A DNA stretch of 64,000 bases from Rotaria socialis (taxonomy: Eukaryota), in assembly GCA_905331295.1 (NCBI GenBank), contig CAJNYD010000201.1:1-64000 (forward strand), written 5' to 3'. The position numbers were made by a program, and so were the translations under genes. Positions 52,762 through 64,000 of the stretch are shown here, in pieces. How positions within the stretch are numbered: position 1 is the first letter of the stretch; every line of letters starts with the position of its first letter. The notes under the pieces were generated by a model that did no database searches, had not been told where the DNA came from, and worked only from the letters and a program-made list of their open reading frames with translations.

Positions 52762-53974
52762 AATATTCTATTACTTTTAAAAATGAATCGAATTATCCTA
52801 TTTTTCATTGAAATAAATAATGTTTTTCATTTAGTTTAAACGTAAAAGAAAAGAAAAGAAAACGAACTCAACTTTACAATGAAAATACATAATTTTAAAT
52901 ATTTTAAATTAATGCTATTCAACATGATTATCCATTAGATCAATTCATATTACTTGAAATTTGAAAAATAATATCATGGCGTTTCTTTCTATATAGATAG
53001 ATTCTGCTTAATATAAGTTTTAAAATATGAAACGCGACTTGTTCTCTTGAAAAATTCTGTGTTCAATTATGCATGGTCGTTCTCGAATATATCTTTTTGA
53101 AAAATGAATCTATATGAAAATGAATCTTAATCATTCAGATCAGTTTTTCCCGAACACAAACCTCAATAAGATTATACGGAGTTTATTTTATGTCAAAGAT
53201 TCTTTTTTCAACAACTAAACATATTCATACTTGTACAATCCTATCACTGATATATATTTTTGATGAAATTATTATTGTATTTTGAATAAACATCATGGAG
53301 GCCATCACACTTGATAAAACAATAGTAAAACATCAAGAAATAAATCAAATCAACAGATAGATATAGATTTGAAATGTTCATATTCTATGACTATTGTCAA
53401 GCTTAACGAATTCTGCCCGAGTTAATTCTTTATTTCCTGTGAATTTTAATATATTTTTTCATCTGTACTTTCTCTTTGATTCTCTTATATAGAATAGGCC
53501 TGATTTAAACTATGACAACGAATGGGCAATTATTTATTTTTGATTGAATTCAATCAATTCAATGTTTATAATTTTAATATTTCGGGCTTCTTCCGACCGA
53601 CTGACTTCTTTCTCACACGCATTCACACAAAAGAATTGAAAAATATCAATGTTGTTGTTGTGCCAAACGAAAAAGAAATTGCCATCACAAGCTGCATAGA
53701 TTCTGTCTGATGTTATTATTTGGTATGATTAAATGACGTAAATGAATTTTTTTCATCGATTTTTGTTTGCATTGTATTTCTGTACTTTGATGACAAAAAA
53801 AATGTGAGAAGAGAACGAGAGAACAAGAAAGAAATGATTCAAATATAACTTTGTGCATGTATTAGTGAAGTAATATTGTTATAAGCAGTGAATAATTTCA
53901 ACTTTTTGTTGCATAAAAAATAGAAATAGTACGAGAACTCAAGATGTCTTTTTTTAAAAATGTTAAGTATAGTT

Positions 53975-54726
53975 CTAGTATCTTTTGCTTTGATTCCTTG
54001 TAGCTTGATTTGGAGCTGGTTGCGGTGCGCGCGGTCCATATTGCGGCTGTTGAGAACGGGCTCCTGGTGGAGGTGCATAAGGAGTTGGTTGATTTGTGCT
54101 AGGCGACACTTTGTCTGAAGCCTTGCCCCGTGATACATAATAGATAACTAAATATACAATACAAAGTACGAAGCACAAAGCACCAACGCTTAATTGAATT
54201 GTTCGAAAGAGAAATTTTGCTTGCGACTCTGTATAACTGCTAAAAGCACTGAGGCTATTAAATGCTAAAAAGAAGCTTTGTCGAAAATAATAACTAAACG
54301 AGGATGTTGATACAGCATTCGTAGAGCATGACGATGTTAATAAACATGCTGATGGTGTAGCGATAAAGTAAGCATCAAATCCAATCAATACGCCGCAAGC
54401 TACGAGAGCTATTATGGTTATTACAACTGCCCGAAAAGCAGCTGGTGGACTTGGTGAACAACATGCTGTAAAAGTTTCATTTAATTAGTTCATATTTATT
54501 GCTAAAGAAAGATCTTACCGGCAACAAATAGCCCAAAGAAGTGTGCAATCATTATAATACCACACCAACCACCAGCAAATACATTAGTTGTCCAAAAGTT
54601 GGATGCAACATTACCGAATTCAGTAACTATTAGAACAATAGCAGCTATAACTTCGACAACGCCAAGAAATACTAGGAAACATCTTGGCCATACTTTCACA
54701 AACGCTTCTTTATCTGGAGACACCAT
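53975..54726 (-). CDS. Four-transmembrane (MS4A/CD20-like topology) protein with P/Q-rich tail
   Basis: Exons 54726-54519 and 54465-53975 splice in frame; four hydrophobic helices; GGWCG in TM2; Cys pair in the second loop; PYAPPP tail. Confidence 0.75.
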
Positions 54727-57700
54727 ATTTCACTGAGAATGAACGTTGAAAGCAATCACCCCTAACCTAACCTTGATGTTTTGGAGAAAAAATACTGTAG
54801 AAGAATTCTTGTTTTTACATTACATATATTTATTCTCATTTTTCTTTTCTTTTCCTTTCTTACCGGCCTTCTACTCCCTCATTTTTAAAGCGCTCATGAG
54901 AGAGAGAGAGAGAGAAGTCGAGAATTTTTTTTTACATCCGAAAAAGAGAAAATTTTAAGAAGGACAGCTATACAATAGAATAACATTGCATGAGATTTTT
55001 TTACTCTTGATACACAAAAGAAAAACATAATGAGAGCGAACATCAACTTTAATTTTCACTTGCGTATTAAGAACAGAAAACGAATCCAGCATTGCAGATA
55101 AATATTTTTTCACCGACGAAAGAGTATTGTATGTTTATGTTGTATGTGTCGAAATAAGGAACTTGATTCATAATTGCAATAGAAACAACAGAAATCAGTT
55201 TTAAACACATATAATTTTTATTCCATCAAATTGAAGAATGTCATATTACTTTTTCATTGGACAAGCCATATAGTTTTACTAAAAGTGGGGTGACTCCACT
55301 TATTTCTACAATTTACACACAGCTACAGCAGAGTATGCGGATCAATGTTGTGTCTAAAGTAAAAGATTACTAAGATATTTACACTGGAATAGATTTTGAA
55401 TAAGTTTTTTTATATTTAAAAATCAAATACATAGTTGTACATTGAAAGAAAGTCTTTTGTTTTCAAAAGAAACATCCTAGATACGTTTTCAAAGAAAGTC
55501 AATTTCTAATCTTCATTCTAAGTTATTCATGATCTATTATTTACGCTTCGATAGATATTATGATAATTTTTTAGTAAAGTTTTTAACTAATCATTCTTGG
55601 AATAAATCAATAACCGGTTGGGAAGTTCTTTTTCGTCGACTACAATAACCGATCATTTTCCCAAACAATATTATTTACAATATAACTCTTTCGAATCAAT
55701 TCTCGCTCTATCTCTCTCAATAAAATTATGTATAATATACGTTTCAGAAAAGCTCTAAAGCTTTCTTAAAAAATTGATTATAAAAGCACAATACATACCG
55801 AGAATCTTACTTTCAGATCATGCAAAGCGAAAGTCCCATTCTAAGTGACTATGATTAAATAAATTAATTGAGCTGAGATCATTCTTTTACTAAACACTTT
55901 AAAACAATAGATTGTTGTAGATAAGGTTAATGAATAAAATAAATAGCGACATAAATTCCTTGAAAGTTGGAAGCAACAACTTTTGTAAGGTACAATTTTA
56001 TACCAGTTTAATTTCAGGAAAAATACTGCGCAAACAAAATAAAAATGTTTCTCATCAGCTGATTTCTTCTTTTCCTTAAATTTTTTCCATAATAAAAGCT
56101 AACTTATGAAAAAAAATATTCGGAAATCATTTCTTTTGTTTGATATTTTTAGCTCTTGTACAAATATATATATTTGTTCGTGTTGAAGTAAAGTTAAAGT
56201 CGTTTCTTTACCAAAATTTCTCAACAAGAAAGAAAACACTTACATTATTTATGGCCGATTTGTTCGAGCCAATGCGTAGTAATTCAAAAAAAATAGCTTT
56301 TCTCTATTATTTTTTTCTGTTTTTTGCTTGATTGTTGAATAGCATCCATTAAAATAGTTACTAGAGAAGTTGACAAATGAAAAAACAAAGACAGCACTGT
56401 TCGAAACGACAGTTGAAAAATCAATAGTCCGTACTAATAATATTAGCCACATATAGCACGGTATTTTTTTTATCCTAACAGATGACTAATAAATACTACA
56501 AACAATTTTGATAGTCTCCCGTTGTTTGTAAAAAAATTCTTGCATCAAGTAAACTATTCTTTTTTTACAAATCACTTTTAATATATTATTTTAGTGAATA
56601 TGAATACCAATCAGTGAGTTCTTTAGTTCATTAGTTGTTTAGTAATTGTATCTGTTCTTTATAACATTTTGTGGAATATTTTAGGAGAGAGACGTGACGA
56701 CGAATCGATTTATTCAGTAAACTGATGAAAGTTGAATAGAAAAAGAAAAGACGAGTAGCTAATCATACGAAAGATAACGAAACAGATAGAAAAAATAAAG
56801 CAAAGTTCAGTAAGTAATGTAATGAATAAATAACTATAAATAGAATAAAAAGTTTGTAAAATAGATTTTTCGATGCAACCTAATTTTTATGGAAAACAAA
56901 AGAGCTATTCTGAAGTGTAAGCTGAATAAATCATTTGGATCAACTCTATCTTAGTATCTATTAATGGTCTAGATGAAATTTTAATCATTCATTATGATCA
57001 GTTTCATATTTTCTGATGTTGCATTTTATCTTGTTTACGTGAACCTATACAAACCCTATTCAAAAATATACAACTGAATTTATTCAGAGCAATTCACTGG
57101 CATGTCATTCGATCGCATAACTTTTTAGAAGATTAAGTGTTTCTATATTCAGACTTGTTATTATGTTCACTTGAATAATAAAGCTAAAGCGAGATATCAG
57201 AGCTAATAATGATGACAGAAACGTAAGATATTTGAATTGAATAAGTTATATGTTCAATTCAATACTTGCTGAGAAGTTCGTTAAATAAAGTCAAATAAAA
57301 CAAACCATTTGTAAGTTAACTTATTCTTCATTGATAACTTGTTGATCAGAATTCAAATAATAGTGAGAAAGATGAAATCCGAATGAATACGGACGAGATT
57401 GCCTTGCTTTTTTTGTATCTACTTTCGATGCATTCATTTCTTTCGATATTTTTCGCCGTCCAACTATTTTTTTAAATATTATTGATATTATTATTTCTGG
57501 CAACAAAAATAATAATTTAGCGTTGCAAGAATGAATTTTTGTTTTTCATGGCTCTCCATGTCATTGATCAAAACTAATATCCAGTTCGAGCTTTTGACGG
57601 TTACTACCAATAATAACCTATGAGTAGCAAAATTTGATCCAAATTGATTTACAACGTCCTGCTTTTATATATTAATTACCCGAGAACAACTGGACGAATG

Positions 57701-59154
57701 GTATGAAACTTAACGATTCCTTTCTTTTTTTCTAAATATGGTCTTCATACGAATAATATTCTAAATACTCTAAAATAAATGAAATTTACATAATTGGAAT
57801 CTTCTTGTTCAATCATTAAGTAGCTAAATAATTCAATACCCTATTCACTTGATTCTGTTGTGTACAATTACTATGATTTCGAAGTTTATACTATTCCGCA
57901 TTCATGTGGAAAAACAAATGTTTAAATGGTACATAGAGAATTATAATAGCCTTCTTTAATACAGTTTCTAGGTGAATTCATGTTTTACGGAGGAAATATT
58001 GTTAATTCAGTTACCGTTAAAGTAGACAAAAATGAAACAGAAGTTCAAGAATTTTCTTTTTATATATATATATATTCAGAACATGAAATAAAACCATGTT
58101 ATTTTTGGTAATTTTTTGCATTATTGAATCAACAAATTCAAGTAACATCAATTGCTTTTATTCTATCGCCAATAACGTACTATAGTAAACCTACATTAAA
58201 TTAAAATGTTCGAGATACGATTTACAATTTGACAACAGAATAAATAGGAGACGAAATAGTATTTCTACTGTACATTGATATCGTTTAAAATGATATCTCA
58301 TACTCTTGAATTTTATTATTATTCAAAATTCATTTAATTTAAGTTTGATTTTGTTGACATTTGCTTGTCTTGAATTTGAATAAAAAGATATTCCCACAAA
58401 TGTTAATGAGACTCGCGCTTTATTAATGGAATTCTACATTTATCAGAGTACTTTACTGCTCAAATAGAATATCACTAATGTCGAAATATTTAAGAACTAT
58501 TTCAGAGTAATTTTATAGTACAACAATATGTGCAGAGCATGAAAGTATTTTGAAACAATAGAAAAGTAGGCCAAACAAATTTACATGAATTATTATCTTA
58601 CATATTCTGCGTCTACATTGAATTCAGATGATCAAAAATCATCTTACAGATTTATATCATATGAATATCTGGAATGGTAAAATGAAAAGGAAAGAAACAT
58701 TCAATATTAACAGAGCTCGGCTCTACTTAATTTCGTAAGCTCTTAGCGAAAAGTATCCCAAAAGATACTTCACATAGTATATTCGTGTTTTATTATGTTT
58801 ACCAAACTCTAACTAACAACTATATTGACACTATGTTCACATAAAAACAATGAATGCCTAATAAAACAAGAAGATTTATAAAGAATAGTGTTTCACTTAA
58901 GAAACTCTCGGTAGCTATACATTAACCATATGGTCTTTATTGGAAATTTGAACAAAAAATGAAACACAGCTATTGGTTGCTTTAATTAATCACTATTACG
59001 TTTCTTGCCTATATCTAGAATTGATTCGATTAGAATAATTTATATTATTAAAGAACCGATATAGTTGGTATTCGTTTTTGATTGAATCGCATCATTAAAC
59101 ATCTTTTGCAACTTAACGAACTATTGCAAAGCTTCAAAGTTAAAAATAAAATAA

Positions 59155-59312
59155 TTATCTCCTTTTCCCTCTCTTAAAGGCTGATAGTTATTGTTATCTT
59201 TTCTTCGCTTCAACGCTACAAATTATGATAAAGAACGAGCAAACAAAATGAATAGCGATAAAAGAATTGTAAATATATAAAGAGCCGAGTTTAAAGAACT
59301 GAGAAACTATCA
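59155..59312 (+). promoter_or_regulatory. GATA-motif cluster and TATA box of the rhamnosidase gene
   Basis: WGATAR (either strand) at 59155, 59182, 59194, 59226 and 59307; CGATAA at 59256; TATATAAA at 59274. Confidence 0.5.
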
Positions 59313-59351
59313 TAATCGTACCGTTTTGCTTTCAAAAACACAACCAAATCG

Positions 59352-62300
59352 ATGCATTTTTCACATTATTACCGTTATATGTATCTATTTTTTCTTTGGT
59401 CAACGATAGATGCTCGTTGGGCATCTCCGTTCGATGTACGTATAGATCATCATAAAGTGGATATCACTGATGATTTAGTTATAAATACAGCACGACCTCG
59501 ATTTTCTTGGAAAATCTCTGGTTTGAACAACTTATTATATCGAAATGTTCAACAAGTAGCTTATCAATTACAACTTCAATCAATACCAATAACTGAGCGA
59601 GATAATCGATTTGAGTGGGACAGTGAACGTGTGAATTCATCACAATCGACCCATGTATCATATACAGGCCAAAGTGATCTTTTATCATCAAAATATTATC
59701 GTTTTCGTGTACGAGTTTGGATAACCAAATTAGAGGAATCCAGCGAATGGACTAATTGGATTCGATTTCGAACACCTATATTCAATTTACATGAATATAT
59801 CATTCGAAATGATAATCTTCTTTGGATTGGCTCGACAAAGATTAATATGAATGAATTGAGAAAAGAATTCTTGGTTCCAAGTGATAGTCCCTTGAAATCA
59901 GCAATCGCCTATATTTCTGGTCTTGGCTATTATGAATTTTATCTTAATGGTTTTAAAGTAGATTCAAGTCGAAAATTGGATCCAGGTTGGACAACGTATG
60001 AAAAGCGTACTCTACTAGTTTCATTCGATGTATCAACGAATGTCACGGTTAGAATTTATTGTTTTTTTCCATTTCTTTTAAACATAATACATGTATTTAG
60101 ACTGGCATGAATGCCGTCGGAGTAAAATTAGGCAACGGTTGGTACAGTCAAGAACAGCATGGTGAATTTGGCTATGGTAGATGTGAATATTTTTTACAAG
60201 AATATTTTATCATAGAAAATTTTAGGTCCACCACGTCTTATTTTCATATTATTTATTCTATTTGAAAATGGTGATGAAATGCAAATTTTTAGCGATCAAA
60301 CATGGACTGGTCGAGAAGGTTCTATCAAACATGATAGTGTGTACAATGGAGAGATGTGTGATAGTCGAAATGATCGTTCTAATTGGTCTCGAGCAGGATT
60401 TAATGATTCATTGTCAGCTTGGATCATGCCTGAATCAATGCCATCACCAATTAATATTTCACGGAATGGTTTGATTGTTCTTCAGGACATGCCACCAATT
60501 CGAGCGGGATCTGACGCATTACATCTTGAAGTTGAAATAGACAGTCAACATCAAAGTTATTTGAATTCTGAAGATATTGGTAAAATCAAAGGTGCATCAT
60601 TAACTGATGGTGGAATACTAAAACCTGTGGCCATGTGGCAATCCGATTCAGGTATGTTTTCTGTTTTAGAGATGAAATGAATTGTTTTCTATATCTTTTA
60701 ATCGTCACACAGGTATTCGAACATTTGATTTGGGTCAAAATATGGTAGGATGGTGTCGTATACGATTTCATGGCCCATCTGGTTTTGGTGTTTACATCCG
60801 TCATGGTGAAATACTCACTCAACCAGTTGTATCGACCAAGTAAAATGTTGAAAACTTAATTTAATATAAAATATATATATATACATGTTTTTAGTCATTC
60901 TGCTCGTAACATCTATACGGAAAATCTTCGTGATGCCACAGCATCTGATACATATGTGTTACGTGGTGATCTTATTAATGAAATATATGAACCAACGTAC
61001 GATTTCGTTTTTGTTTTAATCGTTGCCCTGTCATTCTTTTTAATTAATTTTTTTTAAATTATTTTTAGATTTACTGTTCATGGCTTTCGTTATCTGTCTA
61101 TATTTGGTGCACCGAATGCGTTGACGCTAGATGATGTTGAATGTCCATTTGTACATAGCGAAACAACAGTGAAAGGTCATTTTTCCACGAGTAATCCTAT
61201 CATTAATCAAATTCAACATAATATCCAATGGGGTCAATTGAGTAACATAATGTCTTTGCCAACAGATTGGTTTGTTACATTAAATATATTTGTATTCACA
61301 TAGATTTTCTCTTCATTTGATCTTTAGTCCACAACGTAATGAACGTCGAGGATGGATGGGCGATGCAGCATTGTCTGTTGATGAAGCATTGTATAATTTT
61401 GATCTGATCAAATTCTATCAGAACTTTCTGAATTTAATTGTTGATGTTCAACTAGATGACGGTGAAGTACCTAATTATGTACCAGGGAACAGTTATCCAG
61501 CGGATCCAAACTGGGGTACTGCATTGCCAACAATAACTTGGCAAGTCTATCGACACTATAATGACATGCATACACTAGAGGCGTATTATGATCATGTAGT
61601 TGCTTATGTCGAATATCTTTGTGGTGTTTACAATTTAACAGGTCTTGCTAATTTTACTGTTATATATGGCGATTGGGTTCCACCACCACCACAACCTATG
61701 ACAAATAAACATTTAATTGCATCGTTTGCTTTTCTTCATGATGTTTATCTTTTGATCAACATGTCTCAGGTACTTGAGAAGCAGAGCGATACAAATACTT
61801 ATTTAGTATTGTATCAACAACTTGCTGAGGAATTTCATCGTGTATTTTTTTCGACTTCAAAAAGTTTTTATGCAGATGGAATGCAAGCAGCGCAAGTTCT
61901 CGCATTGGCATTACCTGAAGTTGTACCAGCCAATGTTCGAGAAGCAGTCGTCAATCAACTTGTTAATGATATAAAGCAAAATAACATACATCTTACAACA
62001 GGTATCGTATCTACAGCTCAACTGTATCCGGTGCTTTCTGATAATGGACATCACGATTTGGCACTTGAATTGATATCATCAACAACATATCCTTCATACG
62101 GCTATATGTTTACAAATCCTTATGAAAATGCTACTACTATATGGGAACTTTGGAATGCACCACTTGCAGGACCTGGCATGAATTCTCGTAATCATATTAT
62201 GTATGGTAGTGTTGGTGCTTGGTTTTATTCACATCTAGCAGGGATTGATGTTTCATCCAATATGATCACTATTCGACCTCGAATGGCTTCCGAAGCTAAA

Positions 62301-62630
62301 AAATATCTTTTATCAAAATTAGATTGCCAATTGAGTACATTATACGGTCTGATTCATATTTCCTATACGCGTGATGAGCATGATACGATTTCTAATTCAA
62401 TTTTGCTTCATATTACTGTACCAACAAATACACAAGCTCGTATAATATTGGAGCCATTACTAATCGGTGGACGATGTAAAACATTAATTGAAGGCCATAA
62501 TATTATATGGTCATCGGACATCGGCAACCGATATGTTGAAGGATTTGATATTGAAAAAGATTCAATAACAGGTTTTATGACAGTGTATATTGGTTCAGGT
62601 CAATATGAGTTTCAAGCGATATGGCAATAG
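59352..62630 (+). CDS. Glycoside hydrolase family 78 alpha-L-rhamnosidase, probably secreted, 7 exons
   Basis: PRFSW; ISGLGYYEFYLNG; LDPGWTTY; FDLGQNMVGW; TFTVHGFRY; PTDCPQRNERRGWMGD (catalytic acid region); YGDW; ATTIWELW (catalytic base); NSRNH; six short GT-AG introns. Confidence 0.93.
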
Positions 62631-62904
62631 ATAAAAGTTTAGTTTTGAGCGAACCGATTTAAGTTACCTTTTCTGTATTTTTATTATTTTTCTTTAGATG
62701 ATAATCAATGATTTCAAATATAACTTACATAAATAAAAGAGACGTACTAATAGTAAGCTACGTTAGAAGCATCATACAAATCCGTCCATTCCTTAATGAG
62801 GAAACTGAATACTTGCTATTAAAAATTGCATATGTATATTGAATAAAATGGTCATTGCAAAAATAATATTTACGTTGAATATTCTGAATGTAATGTCACT
62901 GGAC

Positions 62905-63030
62905 CAGGGTTGCCAACCGACCACAAAAATTGAGGTACAGTCTGTCACACATCCATTCGAATGTCTTAGAGTGTTCGAATATTACGTCAGCAAAATGTAC
63001 CCCACTTTTTGGGGTCGGTTGGCAGCCCTG
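62905..63030. mobile_element. hAT-like MITE (126 bp)
   Basis: 25-bp TIR caggg(t/c)tgccaaccgacc(a/c)caaaaa; flanks cactggac/aattgaac match at 5 of 8 (eroded TSD). Confidence 0.8.
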
Positions 63031-63544
63031 AATTGAACTTACACGTACAGAAATTATGCTGTTTTTAGAATAAAAGCTGATAATTATTCAGCCGTGTTCA
63101 GATTTGCAAAAAAAGGAAATTATGGAAATTTCTGTTGTTTCCTTTTTCGGAAATCTGTACATACCTCAATATCTGATGGTCACATGCAGCTCCGGCAAGC
63201 GTATATATCCTGATTGACAATACTATCACTTGAATAAAAGTTATTTTCTTCTTCAAAGCGATGACACAGACTCAAAATGAATTGTTTTTCCTTTGATGTA
63301 AGACAAAGTGAAAAAAATAGCGGTCAATACTAATGAAGACTGACAGTTATTAAGAACGTTTATTAAAATTATTTGAGATGGGTATGAATTGCAAGTGTAG
63401 TCATTAGTACCTGTTATTTTAACTAAATATCCATCTTAAACCAGTTCTACTCTAATTATAGAACAAATATATGACTGTACAGTAAAGGTAAGAATCTGAA
63501 ATCCGTGCTGATCATTACTTTTCAGAGTGATTAAATAACAACAC

Positions 63545-63825
63545 TAGGGCTCGTCGGGTTCAGCTTCGACTTTGGGTCTTAAAATCATTTTTTTCGGACT
63601 CTCGATCGGGTTTCGGGTTCAGAAGTCTTGGATTTGATCGACTCTAGCAATGAAGATGATCTAGCAAATATGTGTTGGAGTTCATCCTCCAGAACGAAAT
63701 TGGAGAATAAGCGGTCTTTATCTTCGAATCGACTATCGAATTCCTATTAGATTACTTAACTAATAGTATAAAACAGCGTTTCGATAGAATATCCGAACCG
63801 GATTATTGTTTTTACCCGGTCTGCG
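63545..63825. repeat. Possible degenerate DNA-transposon remnant
   Basis: Starts TAGGGCTCG; repeated TCGGG/CCGA motifs in a CpG-richer patch; no matching second TIR seen. Confidence 0.25.
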
Positions 63826-64000
63826 TTCGATTTCACATGTAGAAATCTTGGATCCAACGGACTTTAAACAACAAACAACAGATCGATTAATATGTTGAGG
63901 ACAGTTTTTCGAAAATTGAATACAAAAAAGAATGGCAATTTACAAAAATCATAAACGTATGCGAAAGATTACCTACCGTCATCAACATCTAATCTTTTAA

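Overview
Eukaryotic, roughly 70% AT, gene-dense animal DNA with many ~45-65 bp GT-AG introns. This architecture, plus intron-containing genes of apparently non-animal origin, suggests a bdelloid rotifer (inference, not proven). I spliced 16 protein-coding genes by hand: BAF-like, type-B carboxylesterase, mucin-stalk type-I membrane protein, an unknown low-complexity protein, DNALI1, FBXO8, LRR1, FkbM-type methyltransferase, WDR37, SHANK, Sgf11/ATXN7L3, NF-YB, a divergent ZIP7/13-like transporter, a plant-type EEP phosphoesterase, a 4-TM protein and a GH78 alpha-L-rhamnosidase. There is also a tentative single-exon very basic ORF, one tRNA-Lys(CTT), four hAT-type MITEs and a self-nested non-autonomous Helentron/HINE-like element. 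Most notable: (i) horizontally acquired enzyme candidates, one with a GATA-cluster promoter resembling that of the secreted esterase; (ii) an intact ZIP gene with rewritten metal-binding motifs; (iii) a SAM-less Shank with a WH2-like motif and two possible last exons; (iv) two unusual putative chromatin proteins; (v) a rolling-circle element inserted into a copy of its own family. All family assignments come from remembered motifs; no searches were run.
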